Source: Patescibacteria group bacterium
GTDB lineage: Bacteria; Patescibacteriota; Microgenomatia; Levybacterales; UBA12049
DNA: 64,000 bases
Assembly (NCBI GenBank): GCA_035946335.1
Contig: DASYZL010000011.1
Location: 3,569-67,568, forward strand
Direction of reading: 5' to 3'
Part shown: positions 39,368-48,454 of the stretch, one piece after another
Position numbering within the stretch: the first letter of the stretch is position 1
Layout: each line of letters begins with the position of its first letter
The notes under the pieces: model-generated
Seen by the model: only the letters and a program-made list of their open reading frames with translations
Databases searched by the model: none
Told to the model about the DNA's origin: nothing
Program-made: the position numbers and the translations under genes

Positions 39368-39808
39368 ATGAAATTTGAGTTTTCTGCGGGCGGGATTGTA
39401 TTCAGGAAAGAGGGTGGAAAAATATTTATTCTGGTAAGCCAGCATTCTCAACACCATGGATGGGTGTTTCCTAAAGGATTAATTGGTGATAAAGATGAAT
39501 TTAAAGGACAGACAAAAGAAGAAACAGCAGTTCGGGAGGTCAAAGAAGAAACGGGAATTTTGGGAAAAATCCTTGAGCCGCTTCATCCTGTTGCGTATTG
39601 GTATGTTATGGATGAGATTAAACGAAAGAAGACTGTGTATTACTATATAATGCAGTTCGTTAGTGGTGATACGAGTAAGCATGATTGGGAAATGGAGAAT
39701 GTTGAATGGTTGTCAATTGAAGAAGTAGAAAAACGGTTAACGTTCGCGTCAGACAAAAAGGTATGGGAGGAAGCAAAGAGTAAGATTTTGGGCAAAACAA
39801 AAAGTTAA
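39368..39808 (+). CDS. NUDIX hydrolase.
   Basis: Nudix box GQTKEETAVREVKEETGI (GX5EX7REUXEEXGU). 146 aa. Confidence 0.8.
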   Translation: MKFEFSAGGIVFRKEGGKIFILVSQHSQHHGWVFPKGLIGDKDEFKGQTKEETAVREVKEETGILGKILEPLHPVAYWYVMDEIKRKKTVYYYIMQFVSGDTSKHDWEMENVEWLSIEEVEKRLTFASDKKVWEEAKSKILGKTKS

Positions 39809-39820
39809 AATAAGTAATAT

Positions 39821-39907
39821 GGTGAGGTGTCTGAGCGGTCTAAAGAGCACGATTGGAAATCGTGTGTAGCCGTAAGGTTACCGAGGGTTCGAATCCCTCC
39901 CTCACCG
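39821..39907 (+). tRNA. tRNA-Ser (anticodon GGA), class II.
   Basis: Acceptor GGTGAGG/CCTCACC. Anticodon arm CACGA-TTGGAAA-TCGTG. Long variable arm. T-arm GAGGG-TTCGAAT-CCCTC. Confidence 0.8.
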
Positions 39908-39931
39908 CCGGAGCATTTTTGAGCTCCAATT

Positions 39932-41626
39932 TCAACGAAAGCGTCTCATTCTTGATAATAGTCTCTCTTGAGGTAATTTCATTCTGGCAAGTGTTCCATG
40001 GGTAGAATTCGTGTCAAGTATAACTAACCCATCTTCTATGTTATAGAGATGTATATGTGTCGGTGACATGTGCTCGACACCGAGCACGGGTATTTTTATA
40101 ACTTCCTGCTTCCCAGTTGTTTCTCTTCCTATTATTCTCGCTTCTTCAACTTTAAGAATGAGATCTTTCTCGTTAAGGATCGTTTGCGTATAAAAGTCGA
40201 AGAACTGAAGACGAAAAGCGTAACCCCATTCCGGATATACTCTTACCTGCAGTTGGTTACTGTCCGCGTATACTTTATGTGCCGGTAAGGTGAGAATAAC
40301 TTCTTCCAAATTCTTCCGTGGAGCAAAATAGTAAATACCACGCCGAAGTAGCTGATCAACGGTTGTTAATTCGTGAAGTGGAATACCTTTTAGCTCACTA
40401 GCCACGTGTGTCTCATTTCTTTCAGACCTCCAAGCCTTATTTATCCATGGAGTTATTATTGGATCTGTTTGATTATTCTCTAATGGAGGAAGATACCACG
40501 ACGCATGCACAGAAGTATCTGGTGCGTTCGGTTGCGCAGGTTCGGTTACTGGCTGTTGTTTATCAGGTGTTTTGGTCATATCTACGCTTTGTGGCATGGG
40601 AGGTTGAAGGTTAGGGGTAAGGTGTTCCGTTGGGGTTTGGGCGATTTTTCCTCTATCCGGGTATGTTGTTGCGTCAGGAGAAGAGGGAGAAACTGTCGCG
40701 TCGCGAAGAGTTAGTGGGTTTTGGGGAATAGAATGGTGCGGGTGCAATTTCTCAAATTCTACACCTTTCCTAAACGCTTCCTCAATCGCAGCGCGAAACG
40801 TCTCCATATCTGCATACCGTTCCTTTGGATCTTTTCGAAGAGAGCGAGATATTACTTCCTCTAGCTCTGGCAAGTCATTTCTCATATCAAGACCACATTG
40901 CTTTCGTAAATCCTGGAATGAAGGTGGATGAATACGTTTATGCATGATTTTAAGCTCCTCTGGTGTTCCATAGAAAGGCCTCCTTCCAGTAAAAATTTCC
41001 ATACCAAACACACCAAGCGAATACATATCACTTCCGGGAAGAAGATCGTCTCCCTCAAATTGTTCAGGGGCTGCATACGGAGCAGATCCCATAAGAACTT
41101 CTACGCGGCGTAGCTGGGAAGTTTTGGCAATACCAAAATCAGAAAGTCGTACTCCATCATCATGAACCAAGACATTTTCCGGCTTTATATCTCTGTGTGA
41201 TACGCCTCGTTTATGAGCGTATTGTAGTGCTTCAGTCAAGTTAGAAAGTATGGTTACTGCTTCTGCAGTTTCAAGAGGTTTTTGTGTGCCGTCTTTGTCT
41301 CTCATTTTTTGCCGAATATTTCCTTTTTCCGCGTAATCCATAACAAAATACGGCACCCGCATTACATTACTATTGTCAGAAATGTCTATGTTGCCATAGT
41401 GGCGAAATCTCTCAATATATTGGTGATTCAACCCTTCATGAATCTGCTCTTCCTGTTCAAATTGTTGGGGATCACAATTAGGTTGTAGGACTTTGATAGC
41501 AACAGATAAGCGGCCGGAATCAGAAGGAGCGTAATAAACAAATCCGTTGCCGCCTGTCCCAATAAGTTGTTTCGCAGTATAATGATCTGCGAACTTCGCT
41601 CCCAGCAACTGATCAGCTGTATACAT
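39932..41626 (-). CDS. Ser/Thr protein kinase with a C-terminal FHA domain.
   Basis: Kinase motifs LIGTGGNGFVY, AIKVL, HRDIKPENVLV, DFGIAK and APE are present. A Pro-rich linker follows. The C-terminal FHA signature is IGRETTGKQ...VEHMSPTHIHLY...LVILDTNSTHGT. Confidence 0.8.
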   Translation of the reverse strand: MYTADQLLGAKFADHYTAKQLIGTGGNGFVYYAPSDSGRLSVAIKVLQPNCDPQQFEQEEQIHEGLNHQYIERFRHYGNIDISDNSNVMRVPYFVMDYAEKGNIRQKMRDKDGTQKPLETAEAVTILSNLTEALQYAHKRGVSHRDIKPENVLVHDDGVRLSDFGIAKTSQLRRVEVLMGSAPYAAPEQFEGDDLLPGSDMYSLGVFGMEIFTGRRPFYGTPEELKIMHKRIHPPSFQDLRKQCGLDMRNDLPELEEVISRSLRKDPKERYADMETFRAAIEEAFRKGVEFEKLHPHHSIPQNPLTLRDATVSPSSPDATTYPDRGKIAQTPTEHLTPNLQPPMPQSVDMTKTPDKQQPVTEPAQPNAPDTSVHASWYLPPLENNQTDPIITPWINKAWRSERNETHVASELKGIPLHELTTVDQLLRRGIYYFAPRKNLEEVILTLPAHKVYADSNQLQVRVYPEWGYAFRLQFFDFYTQTILNEKDLILKVEEARIIGRETTGKQEVIKIPVLGVEHMSPTHIHLYNIEDGLVILDTNSTHGTLARMKLPQERLLSRMRRFR

Positions 41627-41666
41627 ACATAGACTCTTTGGCAGATTGAAACATAATCATATACGT

Positions 41667-42995
41667 TTAAGCAACGAACCGCTTTCGCAAATCTTCTACA
41701 TCAGGCATTAGGTGTGTGGGAACTTTTGGCAATACTTTTGGATCTCCGCCTTTTCGCAAAAATTGGATTATTTTGTATGCGTTGTGTTGTTTCGCTTGTA
41801 ATGTTACTAGTGCCCGTTGTTCAGTCGAAAATCCTCCTTCTCGCTCAAACCAGGATTGTTCTACATTGTCGATTAATTCTGGTATACCTATTCCAGTTCT
41901 GTCATGATATCTGCTGCCTTCAAGCGTGAATGTTGGAACAACGACGCGAATAGCAATTTTTGTCAAATTGTTAAATTTTCTTCCTAAACCATTCTGGTAT
42001 CTCCAATCAAAGTTTATTTTCCCGTTTACAATTGCGCCATGCGCTACTGCTCTCGCAACTCCTCCTGTTCCTCCAATAGATTCGGTCTCGACGCCTTCCT
42101 CTTCTAATCCTTCCATTTTCATTGGAATAATTGGTTGTTCTGTCTTCTTACTTTCTCGTATCGAAGGTCCGGTATGTAACCCAGTTCGAATAGGTGAGGT
42201 TATCAAGGGAATTTGTCCTGAAACTCCATCATATCTTCTTCCTTGATGTATGCTGGAGTTATGAATTGTTCCTGTTGGCTCAGAGTATATGACATGATCT
42301 ATTTTTATAGGTGAGTTACTGGATGCTCCTGTCTGTTTTCCATATAATCGGTGATTATGTAGGTATTCATTATTTTGTCTCGTTTGCGTTTGGAGTCTTG
42401 GCTTTCTTTCCCGTTGTTCCCCTACCGTAGCAAAAAATCCTTCATACTTTCGTTTTCGTCGTTCAACAGGTAAAGCATGAATAATAGGTGAACCATATTC
42501 CGGTGCTGCAAGTTCCATTAATTCAGTAACGGGAATAGGGAACGCCTTTTCTCTGTCAGTCGATCCTGGTTGATCTGTTTTGATTTTACCCGCTTTTGTA
42601 GAGGGTAAAGCAAAAGAATCCCGTTCAGGTTGAACCGGGGGCACGTTCTTAAAGCCTCGCATATCAATGACGATATTATCTCCTGTACCCATCTCTGGAT
42701 TCATTGATCTTTCCATTTCCTGCAGCCAAAGCTGATCATTTGCTCTCTTGGGATTTAATCTTTTAGCAATCTCAAAACTCTCACGCCATCCTACTTCTCG
42801 CCACCACTGTTCTTGTTGTCTGTCTGCGATTTCTTGCGCTCGCCGATAGTCAATAAAAGCAGGTAATAAGGATGGAGTTGCAAAAGAATCCGCTTCAACG
42901 TGAACTTGAGGCATATTCCGAAAGTTTCGCAAATCAATTACTGAGTTTGCATATTTGATACTTTCTACTGCGCCGACTTCTGCTTTATTACTCAT
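41667..42995 (-). CDS. Hypothetical 442-aa protein with an internal duplicated ~30-aa motif.
   Basis: The repeats are VIDLRNFRNMPQVHVEADSFATPSLLPA and VIDMRGFKNVPPVQPERDSFALPSTKAG, about 100 residues apart. No TM segment. No catalytic motif recognised. Confidence 0.45.
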   Translation of the reverse strand: MSNKAEVGAVESIKYANSVIDLRNFRNMPQVHVEADSFATPSLLPAFIDYRRAQEIADRQQEQWWREVGWRESFEIAKRLNPKRANDQLWLQEMERSMNPEMGTGDNIVIDMRGFKNVPPVQPERDSFALPSTKAGKIKTDQPGSTDREKAFPIPVTELMELAAPEYGSPIIHALPVERRKRKYEGFFATVGEQRERKPRLQTQTRQNNEYLHNHRLYGKQTGASSNSPIKIDHVIYSEPTGTIHNSSIHQGRRYDGVSGQIPLITSPIRTGLHTGPSIRESKKTEQPIIPMKMEGLEEEGVETESIGGTGGVARAVAHGAIVNGKINFDWRYQNGLGRKFNNLTKIAIRVVVPTFTLEGSRYHDRTGIGIPELIDNVEQSWFEREGGFSTEQRALVTLQAKQHNAYKIIQFLRKGGDPKVLPKVPTHLMPDVEDLRKRFVA

Positions 42996-43086
42996 AACAT
43001 TTTACCTGATCTCTTTCAGTATATGCACGTAATAACATACCCTTCTTGTTCCTAACATATTTATATAAGAAACGCAAGAGAGTTTA

Positions 43087-43115
43087 TTGAGAAAATGGTA
43101 ATACCATTTTCTCAA
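43087..43115. promoter_or_regulatory. Perfect 29-nt palindrome (TTGAGAAAATGGTA-A-TACCATTTTCTCAA) between two co-directional minus-strand genes.
   Basis: Read directly in the sequence. No flanking T-run. It lies about 90 nt upstream of the 442-aa gene start. Confidence 0.45.
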
Positions 43116-43226
43116 AAATTACCTTAGAAAGGTTTGGATTCTTACATGTACAGTCAGGTAAAAAGCGACCATCATTGCTAGTAAACATATCTCGTACATT
43201 TCAATTATTCACAGTTTTTCAAAATA

Positions 43227-43724
43227 TCATGGTTTTCTACTCTTATGCATTTTTCCATGAGGGGTTACTCTAGGAGGAGAATCAGGTTTAATGTCTATTT
43301 CTATGGGAACATTTCCAACGTGGAATTTCATCACTTGCGGTTTTGCATCGGGGTGGTTTGCTAGCAAACCACCCAATTCATCCACTCCTACAACTACTGC
43401 AAGCGGTCCTAATCCTCCTGCGAGGATGCCTATTCCTCTTAGGACACTACGTCGGGAATGCGTAGGTTGCGTAATAGGGACAACTGGCTCATAAGGTTTT
43501 GGAGTTTGTCGGTAGAGTACTTGCGTGTTGTTGTCTACAGCAAGATTATGGAGGTTTAGCTCTCTACCCCAGTTCAGTATTGGTTCGTTAGGATCTTTCA
43601 CGAGATTATTGTGCAATGAAGGTTTTCCCCGGCGAATTGGTAGTACTTGCCACCAGGGTCTTTGCTGATCTGGTTTCATCACGATAGCAGGAGGAATATG
43701 ATTTGGTGTTTTGTCTTTAGACAT
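43227..43724 (-). CDS. Hypothetical 165-aa protein.
   Basis: ORF with Pro-rich regions and a Gly-rich hydrophobic segment (GIGILAGGLGPLAVVVGV) that could be a TM helix. Confidence 0.35.
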   Translation of the reverse strand: MSKDKTPNHIPPAIVMKPDQQRPWWQVLPIRRGKPSLHNNLVKDPNEPILNWGRELNLHNLAVDNNTQVLYRQTPKPYEPVVPITQPTHSRRSVLRGIGILAGGLGPLAVVVGVDELGGLLANHPDAKPQVMKFHVGNVPIEIDIKPDSPPRVTPHGKMHKSRKP

Positions 43725-44001
43725 ATTATTTAATGGATAGGTAAATGGATTATATCACCCCGAATTAATAAATACAAACTATAAGCTTCTCACGTTCTGT
43801 CTCTCTTTAGGTTACTTGTAGACTATGGTTCTACTCTTTGCAATACCTGTTTATTTATACCCTTTATTTGTACGTTTCCCAATGTTGCTAGATAAAATTG
43901 TATTGGTGCATCATTGCATAATTTTTCTAATTTGCTTGAGGAGAAAATTTTTAATGAATTTTCAAGTTTAATAAGGATGATATTTGGTCTTTTTTTACTG
44001 T

Positions 44002-45540
44002 CTAAAACCCTGGAAAGAAGTCTTTTTTAATCTGCCTTCCGGTAATTCCCATATCTTTGAGGAGTTTTTCAAATGCTTTGACCATTTGCTGCGGTCCCGA
44101 AAGATAAAATAAACGTTCTTTGTAATCAGGAATTTTGTTTTTAATCATTTCCGGAGTAATACGTCCGGATTGTCCCTTCCAGTTTTTTGGGATGTTTTGT
44201 GTATCAGTTATGGCATAGACCGTGTTAATGCCAAGAAGTTTTTGCGCGTAGTTGAAAATATCTACATACGCAAATTCCTTTTGATCTTTTGCTGCATAAA
44301 AAAGGACAATATCCCGCTTTTGGTTCTTATCAAGCAAATATTTGATCATGCTGCGATAAGGTGTAATGCCAATGCCGCCAGCAAGAAATGCAAGTTTTTG
44401 GTTCGTATTTTTTGGTAAAACAAATTCGCCGCTAAGTTGTGTTGCAATAATCTGCTTTTTTGTATTCAGAGCATTGAGTGCTTTTTTGAAACTGCTTGAG
44501 GGTTCATTAAATCGGACACCAATGCGAATTGTTTCTTCTGTTGGAGAAGATGCAAGAGTGAAATATCGTCTGTTTCCACGAAAGTCTGTATGCGAATGAG
44601 CAAGCGTCCACTCCATGTATTGCCCTGGTGTGAAGGAAAAATTTTGTGCTTTTGGAAACACAAAATCTGCCATATCTGGAGCAAGTTGGATTTTTTCTTT
44701 CAGAGAAAGGAAAAATTTTGCTTTCGGACTGACAAGAAAAGAAAAAATATTACCGATAACTAAAGCAAGCTCTGGTGTTGCATAAAGAAAAATTCCCGGT
44801 GCAAACAAAATACCTACGATGCCTCCGTAAAGGACACGCAGCATTCTTGTCGGTGGTGTTGTCGATGGTTCGGTAAGCATGACGAGTCCGCAGTATACCA
44901 GTGGCGTGTCAAGGAGGATTCTCTTTAACAAATCAGATGGATTCAATGAGAAAGAAAGGATAGCCATCGTAGCTGTTGCTGTGAGAAAAAAACTCAGCAC
45001 TAAATCTCCCCGCTGAATTTTTCTCACCACAAGCAAGCCGCCAATGAGAACGAATGGTAGCATGCTTGCAGTACCGATCCACCAGCTCGCTGACTTACCA
45101 AGTGCAAAACTGGTTATCACAAGCGCAATGGCAACGGGATTGAACATGTGCTTTTTATGGAATGTCAAAAGATACTTGGAAGCCATTGCCAGAACTGATG
45201 TAATAGCCATGAAGAGCATGTTGTCTAAAGAGAGAACTGGTGTGATAAGAAAAACAAGAATCAATGCGGAAATATATACAGACTCAAAGTTTGTCGGTGC
45301 ATGAAACAATAGTGAAAATAGTTTATTTACTCCATAGCTAACACTTACGAGTAAAATGCCTTCCAGAAAAATGACAACAGGCGAGTAAGAGAGAATACCA
45401 AAAAAACCAAGCACTATTGCTATGATCCATAAACAAATAAGGTACCATAGCATAACGCGGTACATGGTGTATTTATTGAGGAATTCGTCAATTGCGTTCA
45501 GTAAAAACATACGAGTCAAATCCGGATGTGTACGTTGCAA
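44002..45540 (-). CDS. Membrane-anchored FNR-family oxidoreductase (N-terminal polytopic membrane domain plus C-terminal FAD/NAD(P)H-binding module).
   Basis: About 8 TM helices in the first ~280 aa. FNR motifs are then present: RRYFTLAS (RxYS/T FAD site), LAGGIGITP (GGxGxxP NAD(P)H site) and a LSGP (CGP-like) motif. The true start is probably an internal Met, to avoid overlap with apbE. Confidence 0.65.
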   Translation of the reverse strand: MQRTHPDLTRMFLLNAIDEFLNKYTMYRVMLWYLICLWIIAIVLGFFGILSYSPVVIFLEGILLVSVSYGVNKLFSLLFHAPTNFESVYISALILVFLITPVLSLDNMLFMAITSVLAMASKYLLTFHKKHMFNPVAIALVITSFALGKSASWWIGTASMLPFVLIGGLLVVRKIQRGDLVLSFFLTATATMAILSFSLNPSDLLKRILLDTPLVYCGLVMLTEPSTTPPTRMLRVLYGGIVGILFAPGIFLYATPELALVIGNIFSFLVSPKAKFFLSLKEKIQLAPDMADFVFPKAQNFSFTPGQYMEWTLAHSHTDFRGNRRYFTLASSPTEETIRIGVRFNEPSSSFKKALNALNTKKQIIATQLSGEFVLPKNTNQKLAFLAGGIGITPYRSMIKYLLDKNQKRDIVLFYAAKDQKEFAYVDIFNYAQKLLGINTVYAITDTQNIPKNWKGQSGRITPEMIKNKIPDYKERLFYLSGPQQMVKAFEKLLKDMGITGRQIKKDFFPGF

Positions 45541-46234
45541 TACCTTTCTTATCTATCATATACCCTTCAAGGCCTTTTTGCCTCTCAAGAAAGTGTATAC
45601 CGTTTTTACCCATTGCAAATGCGGCAGTTGCAAAACGATCTGCTTCGTATATATTTGGCCCGACAACAGTTATGCTGACAATATCAGTGATATGTTTATC
45701 AATGTTATGAGGATTGTAAATATGTTGTCCGCGAATATATGTGCCGGATGTTGCAACACCTTTATTCAGGAGGATAAGCACTTTCACAATTTTTCCAGGC
45801 AGAAATGGATTTTGTATACCAACAGTCCACTGTTTTCCTTTTTCATTGCATCCTGATACCTGTACGTCTCCTCCTGCATTAATATAAAAATGTTCATATC
45901 TTTTTTTGCTGAGTATGTGCGCTGCGCGATATACTGCCCATCCTTTCACTAAGCCTGATGGATCAAGTACTCCGTTTTTCCATATATCAAAATATCCATT
46001 CGTTTGTTGTTTCGTCTGCTCAGCAAGAGAAAGAATTGTTTTCATGTCTTTACTATATGCGTTGGGCAATAATTCATTACGGTTTATGCGGGAGACTTCA
46101 CTGCCCTTTTTATACGGACTAAATTTTCTATCAACTGCGCGAAAAAAGGAAAAGATTTCGTCAAAGATGCTCTGTTTTTCGTGAACAAGATCAACCGTAA
46201 TCGGCATGCCCATAATCAGCTGGGTTTGACGCAT
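45488..46234 (-). CDS. apbE: ApbE-family FAD:protein FMN transferase (flavin transferase).
   Basis: The characteristic ApbE signatures are present along the 248-aa protein: IMGMPITV, SEVSRIN, GYFDI, GLVKGWAVY, INAGGDV, VATSGTYIRG.HIYNPHN and ADRFATAAF. Confidence 0.85.
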   Translation of the reverse strand: MRQTQLIMGMPITVDLVHEKQSIFDEIFSFFRAVDRKFSPYKKGSEVSRINRNELLPNAYSKDMKTILSLAEQTKQQTNGYFDIWKNGVLDPSGLVKGWAVYRAAHILSKKRYEHFYINAGGDVQVSGCNEKGKQWTVGIQNPFLPGKIVKVLILLNKGVATSGTYIRGQHIYNPHNIDKHITDIVSITVVGPNIYEADRFATAAFAMGKNGIHFLERQKGLEGYMIDKKGIATYTSGFDSYVFTERN

Positions 46235-46237
46235 ACG

Positions 46238-46678
46238 TTAACTTTTTGCCTGTTGCAGCGCAGACTGGAGAGATTGCATAAATGCCTGGGAAGTTTGGGT
46301 TGCGCCGGAGACAATATCAACTTGTGCACTCTGCGCGGTAATTGCTTCTTGTTTTAATTGCGGGAGTGATTGATTGCTTACTTCGACTGAATGTGCAGTA
46401 TCATTAGGAAATTGGAGGAATTGCACATCAGTAATTTTTCCACCGCTAATGACAACTGCTACTTGTATATTGCCATAAAAAGCGTCAGTGACAGGACCGT
46501 TATACGTTCCATCTTTGTATCTTCCATTTACAGGTGAGGATGCTGTTGCTGGAGCAGAAGTTGGAGTGAGAACGGACGGAATCATTACTGCATCCTGTTG
46601 CTTAATGCGCTGTTCATAGACAACGTACCCAACAATGAAGAGTATAATGATACCAATAACAATTGCTTTTTTTATCAT
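46238..46678 (-). CDS. Membrane-anchored FMN-binding domain protein (FMN_bind, NqrC/RnfG-like) with a flavinylation motif.
   Basis: N-terminal TM anchor (AIVIGIIILFIVGYVVY). The C-terminal FMN_bind domain ends in DIVSGATQTS, matching the D-x-x-S-G-A-T flavinylation consensus used by ApbE. Confidence 0.8.
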   Translation of the reverse strand: MIKKAIVIGIIILFIVGYVVYEQRIKQQDAVMIPSVLTPTSAPATASSPVNGRYKDGTYNGPVTDAFYGNIQVAVVISGGKITDVQFLQFPNDTAHSVEVSNQSLPQLKQEAITAQSAQVDIVSGATQTSQAFMQSLQSALQQAKS

Positions 46679-46761
46679 AGGAGAAGTTTACTTGTATTCT
46701 TAGAAGAACACAAGTGAGTTACAGCATAAAAACTAAAGCTGAAAAATAACTGAAGCATGAG

Positions 46762-48420
46762 TTATCCACCTGTATGAGGGGGTTCGATTGCTTCTTCAGA
46801 CGAATAGAGAATTTCCCGCCAGTTCCCGACACGTTTAAAAAGTAGTAAAAATGGTTTTGCTTCCTGCACATTAAATACCCAGGTTAACAGGAGGTACAAA
46901 AGCAATCCGCACAAACTGCTGATACCAGTAAGCATGAGGAGCTCCACGGTTTTTGTTGTGTCAAAGACCAATTGGTCGAGTAATTTGATAGGGATGTAGA
47001 GTGCAAATGCAGTGAAGAAGGTAATAAGAAAAATTTTTGCACTTGAGAAAAACAGTGTTTTTTTGGTAAAGCCACCGGTTTTTCTGTCAAGCATCACAAA
47101 TAACACCAGAAAATTAATAATACTGCTAATCGAATACGCAAACGCAATGCTACCAATGCTGAGGTGAAAAAAGAAAATAAAGCATACTCCCAGAAGCAAC
47201 ATAACAGCAGTAGAAAACGCACCGATAACAAGCGGGGTTATTGTATCGTGCAGCGCATAAAACCCCCGTGATACAAGGTAAATTAATGATTGTGCGAATA
47301 AAGAGAATGCAAACAAAGCAAGCGTATGGCCGGTAAAGACTGTTGCTTGCCAGTCAAATTGCGACGCGCCGTAAATAAGGCGTACCAGAGGAATGCGGAG
47401 GACAATGAACAATACGGAAACAGGTAACACAAGGTAAAGCATTTGAAAAAAACTGCTGAGAAACGTTTGCCGAAAAAGAACCAGGTCATGTTTTTGTCGT
47501 GACAAGACAGGAAATGCAGCCTGGGCAATGGTTTGTCCAAACAGGCCAACCGGGGCAAAAGCAAGTGTTTGCGCATAATCAAAGATGACATAATTTCGTC
47601 CGGCGTCGTGTAGCAAGGAAATTAACGTGACCGTAAGAAGTGTCCCCAGTTGAAAGATTGCAATAGATAGTGTTCGTGGCCACATGAGATGAAACACTTC
47701 TGCGAGGCCCTTATTTTCTACGACTTTAACGATATGAAAACGAAATCCGACTTTTTTAACCATTGGTATTTGTGCAATAACAAACAGAAGCGCACCGATA
47801 ATAACACCGTATGCGGGTGCAAAGATACCGACAGAGGGGGCGAGAAAGAGAATACCGATAATGATGCCAAGATTATATAAGGCTGCAGCAAGACCGGGGA
47901 TAAGAAAATGGTTGTACGATTGCAGGAGTGCAGAGAAAAAGCTTGCGATAATGAACAGCATTTCGCCTGCTAACGTAACGCGCATAAGATTTCCCATAAG
48001 AATAAGTTCTTTTGAAGAAAACCCTGGCGCAACAAGGCCGGAAAAAAATGGCGCAAATACGAAGAGAACAAGGGAGATAATAAAAAAAATTGCCAATCCT
48101 AAAGTCAGTAAGGTTGAGGCAAATGCATACCCTTCTTTTTCTTTCCCTTTGACAAGATAATCGGAAAAAACCGGAATAAATGCGCTTGAGAGTGCACCGG
48201 CAATAATAATCTGAAAGAGAAAATCAGGCAATCGTCCCGAGGCAAGGTAAACGCCTAACGTGTTTGATGCGCCGAAAACAGTAACCAGTAAGCGTTGTCG
48301 TACAAGACCAAGGAGTTGGGAGAAAATAACCGTTGCCATAATAATAAGCGCCGCAGAGAGGATGTTTGTTTGCTGGCGGGTAAACAGAGAAAGGCTTTTT
48401 TTAAGAAAGGCGCTTGTCAT
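46762..48420 (-). CDS. murJ: Lipid II flippase MurJ (MviN).
   Basis: 14-TM MOP-superfamily protein. The N-terminal region NILSAALIIMATVIFSQLLGLVRQRLL...FGASNTLGVYLASGRLPDFLFQI is typical of MurJ. Start set at an internal Met to avoid overlap with rpsT. Confidence 0.8.
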   Translation of the reverse strand: MTSAFLKKSLSLFTRQQTNILSAALIIMATVIFSQLLGLVRQRLLVTVFGASNTLGVYLASGRLPDFLFQIIIAGALSSAFIPVFSDYLVKGKEKEGYAFASTLLTLGLAIFFIISLVLFVFAPFFSGLVAPGFSSKELILMGNLMRVTLAGEMLFIIASFFSALLQSYNHFLIPGLAAALYNLGIIIGILFLAPSVGIFAPAYGVIIGALLFVIAQIPMVKKVGFRFHIVKVVENKGLAEVFHLMWPRTLSIAIFQLGTLLTVTLISLLHDAGRNYVIFDYAQTLAFAPVGLFGQTIAQAAFPVLSRQKHDLVLFRQTFLSSFFQMLYLVLPVSVLFIVLRIPLVRLIYGASQFDWQATVFTGHTLALFAFSLFAQSLIYLVSRGFYALHDTITPLVIGAFSTAVMLLLGVCFIFFFHLSIGSIAFAYSISSIINFLVLFVMLDRKTGGFTKKTLFFSSAKIFLITFFTAFALYIPIKLLDQLVFDTTKTVELLMLTGISSLCGLLLYLLLTWVFNVQEAKPFLLLFKRVGNWREILYSSEEAIEPPHTGG

Positions 48421-48454
48421 TGCGGATTTTAGTATAGCATGGTAAAATACCGAC

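Noticed and set aside
30480-39907. Integrase or transposase genes, or attL/attR direct repeats, defining a mobile island around the tRNA cluster
   Set aside because: I could not find a tyrosine or serine recombinase or transposase motif, nor a duplicated tRNA 3' segment. The island interpretation is therefore kept tentative.
44002-45540. Possible bis-heme NOX/ferric-reductase identity for the membrane domain of the FNR-like protein
   Set aside because: Only about three His residues occur in the membrane region, and the paired HxxxxxxxxxxxxH spacing in two helices needed for two b-hemes is absent. I describe it only as a generic membrane-anchored FNR-family reductase.
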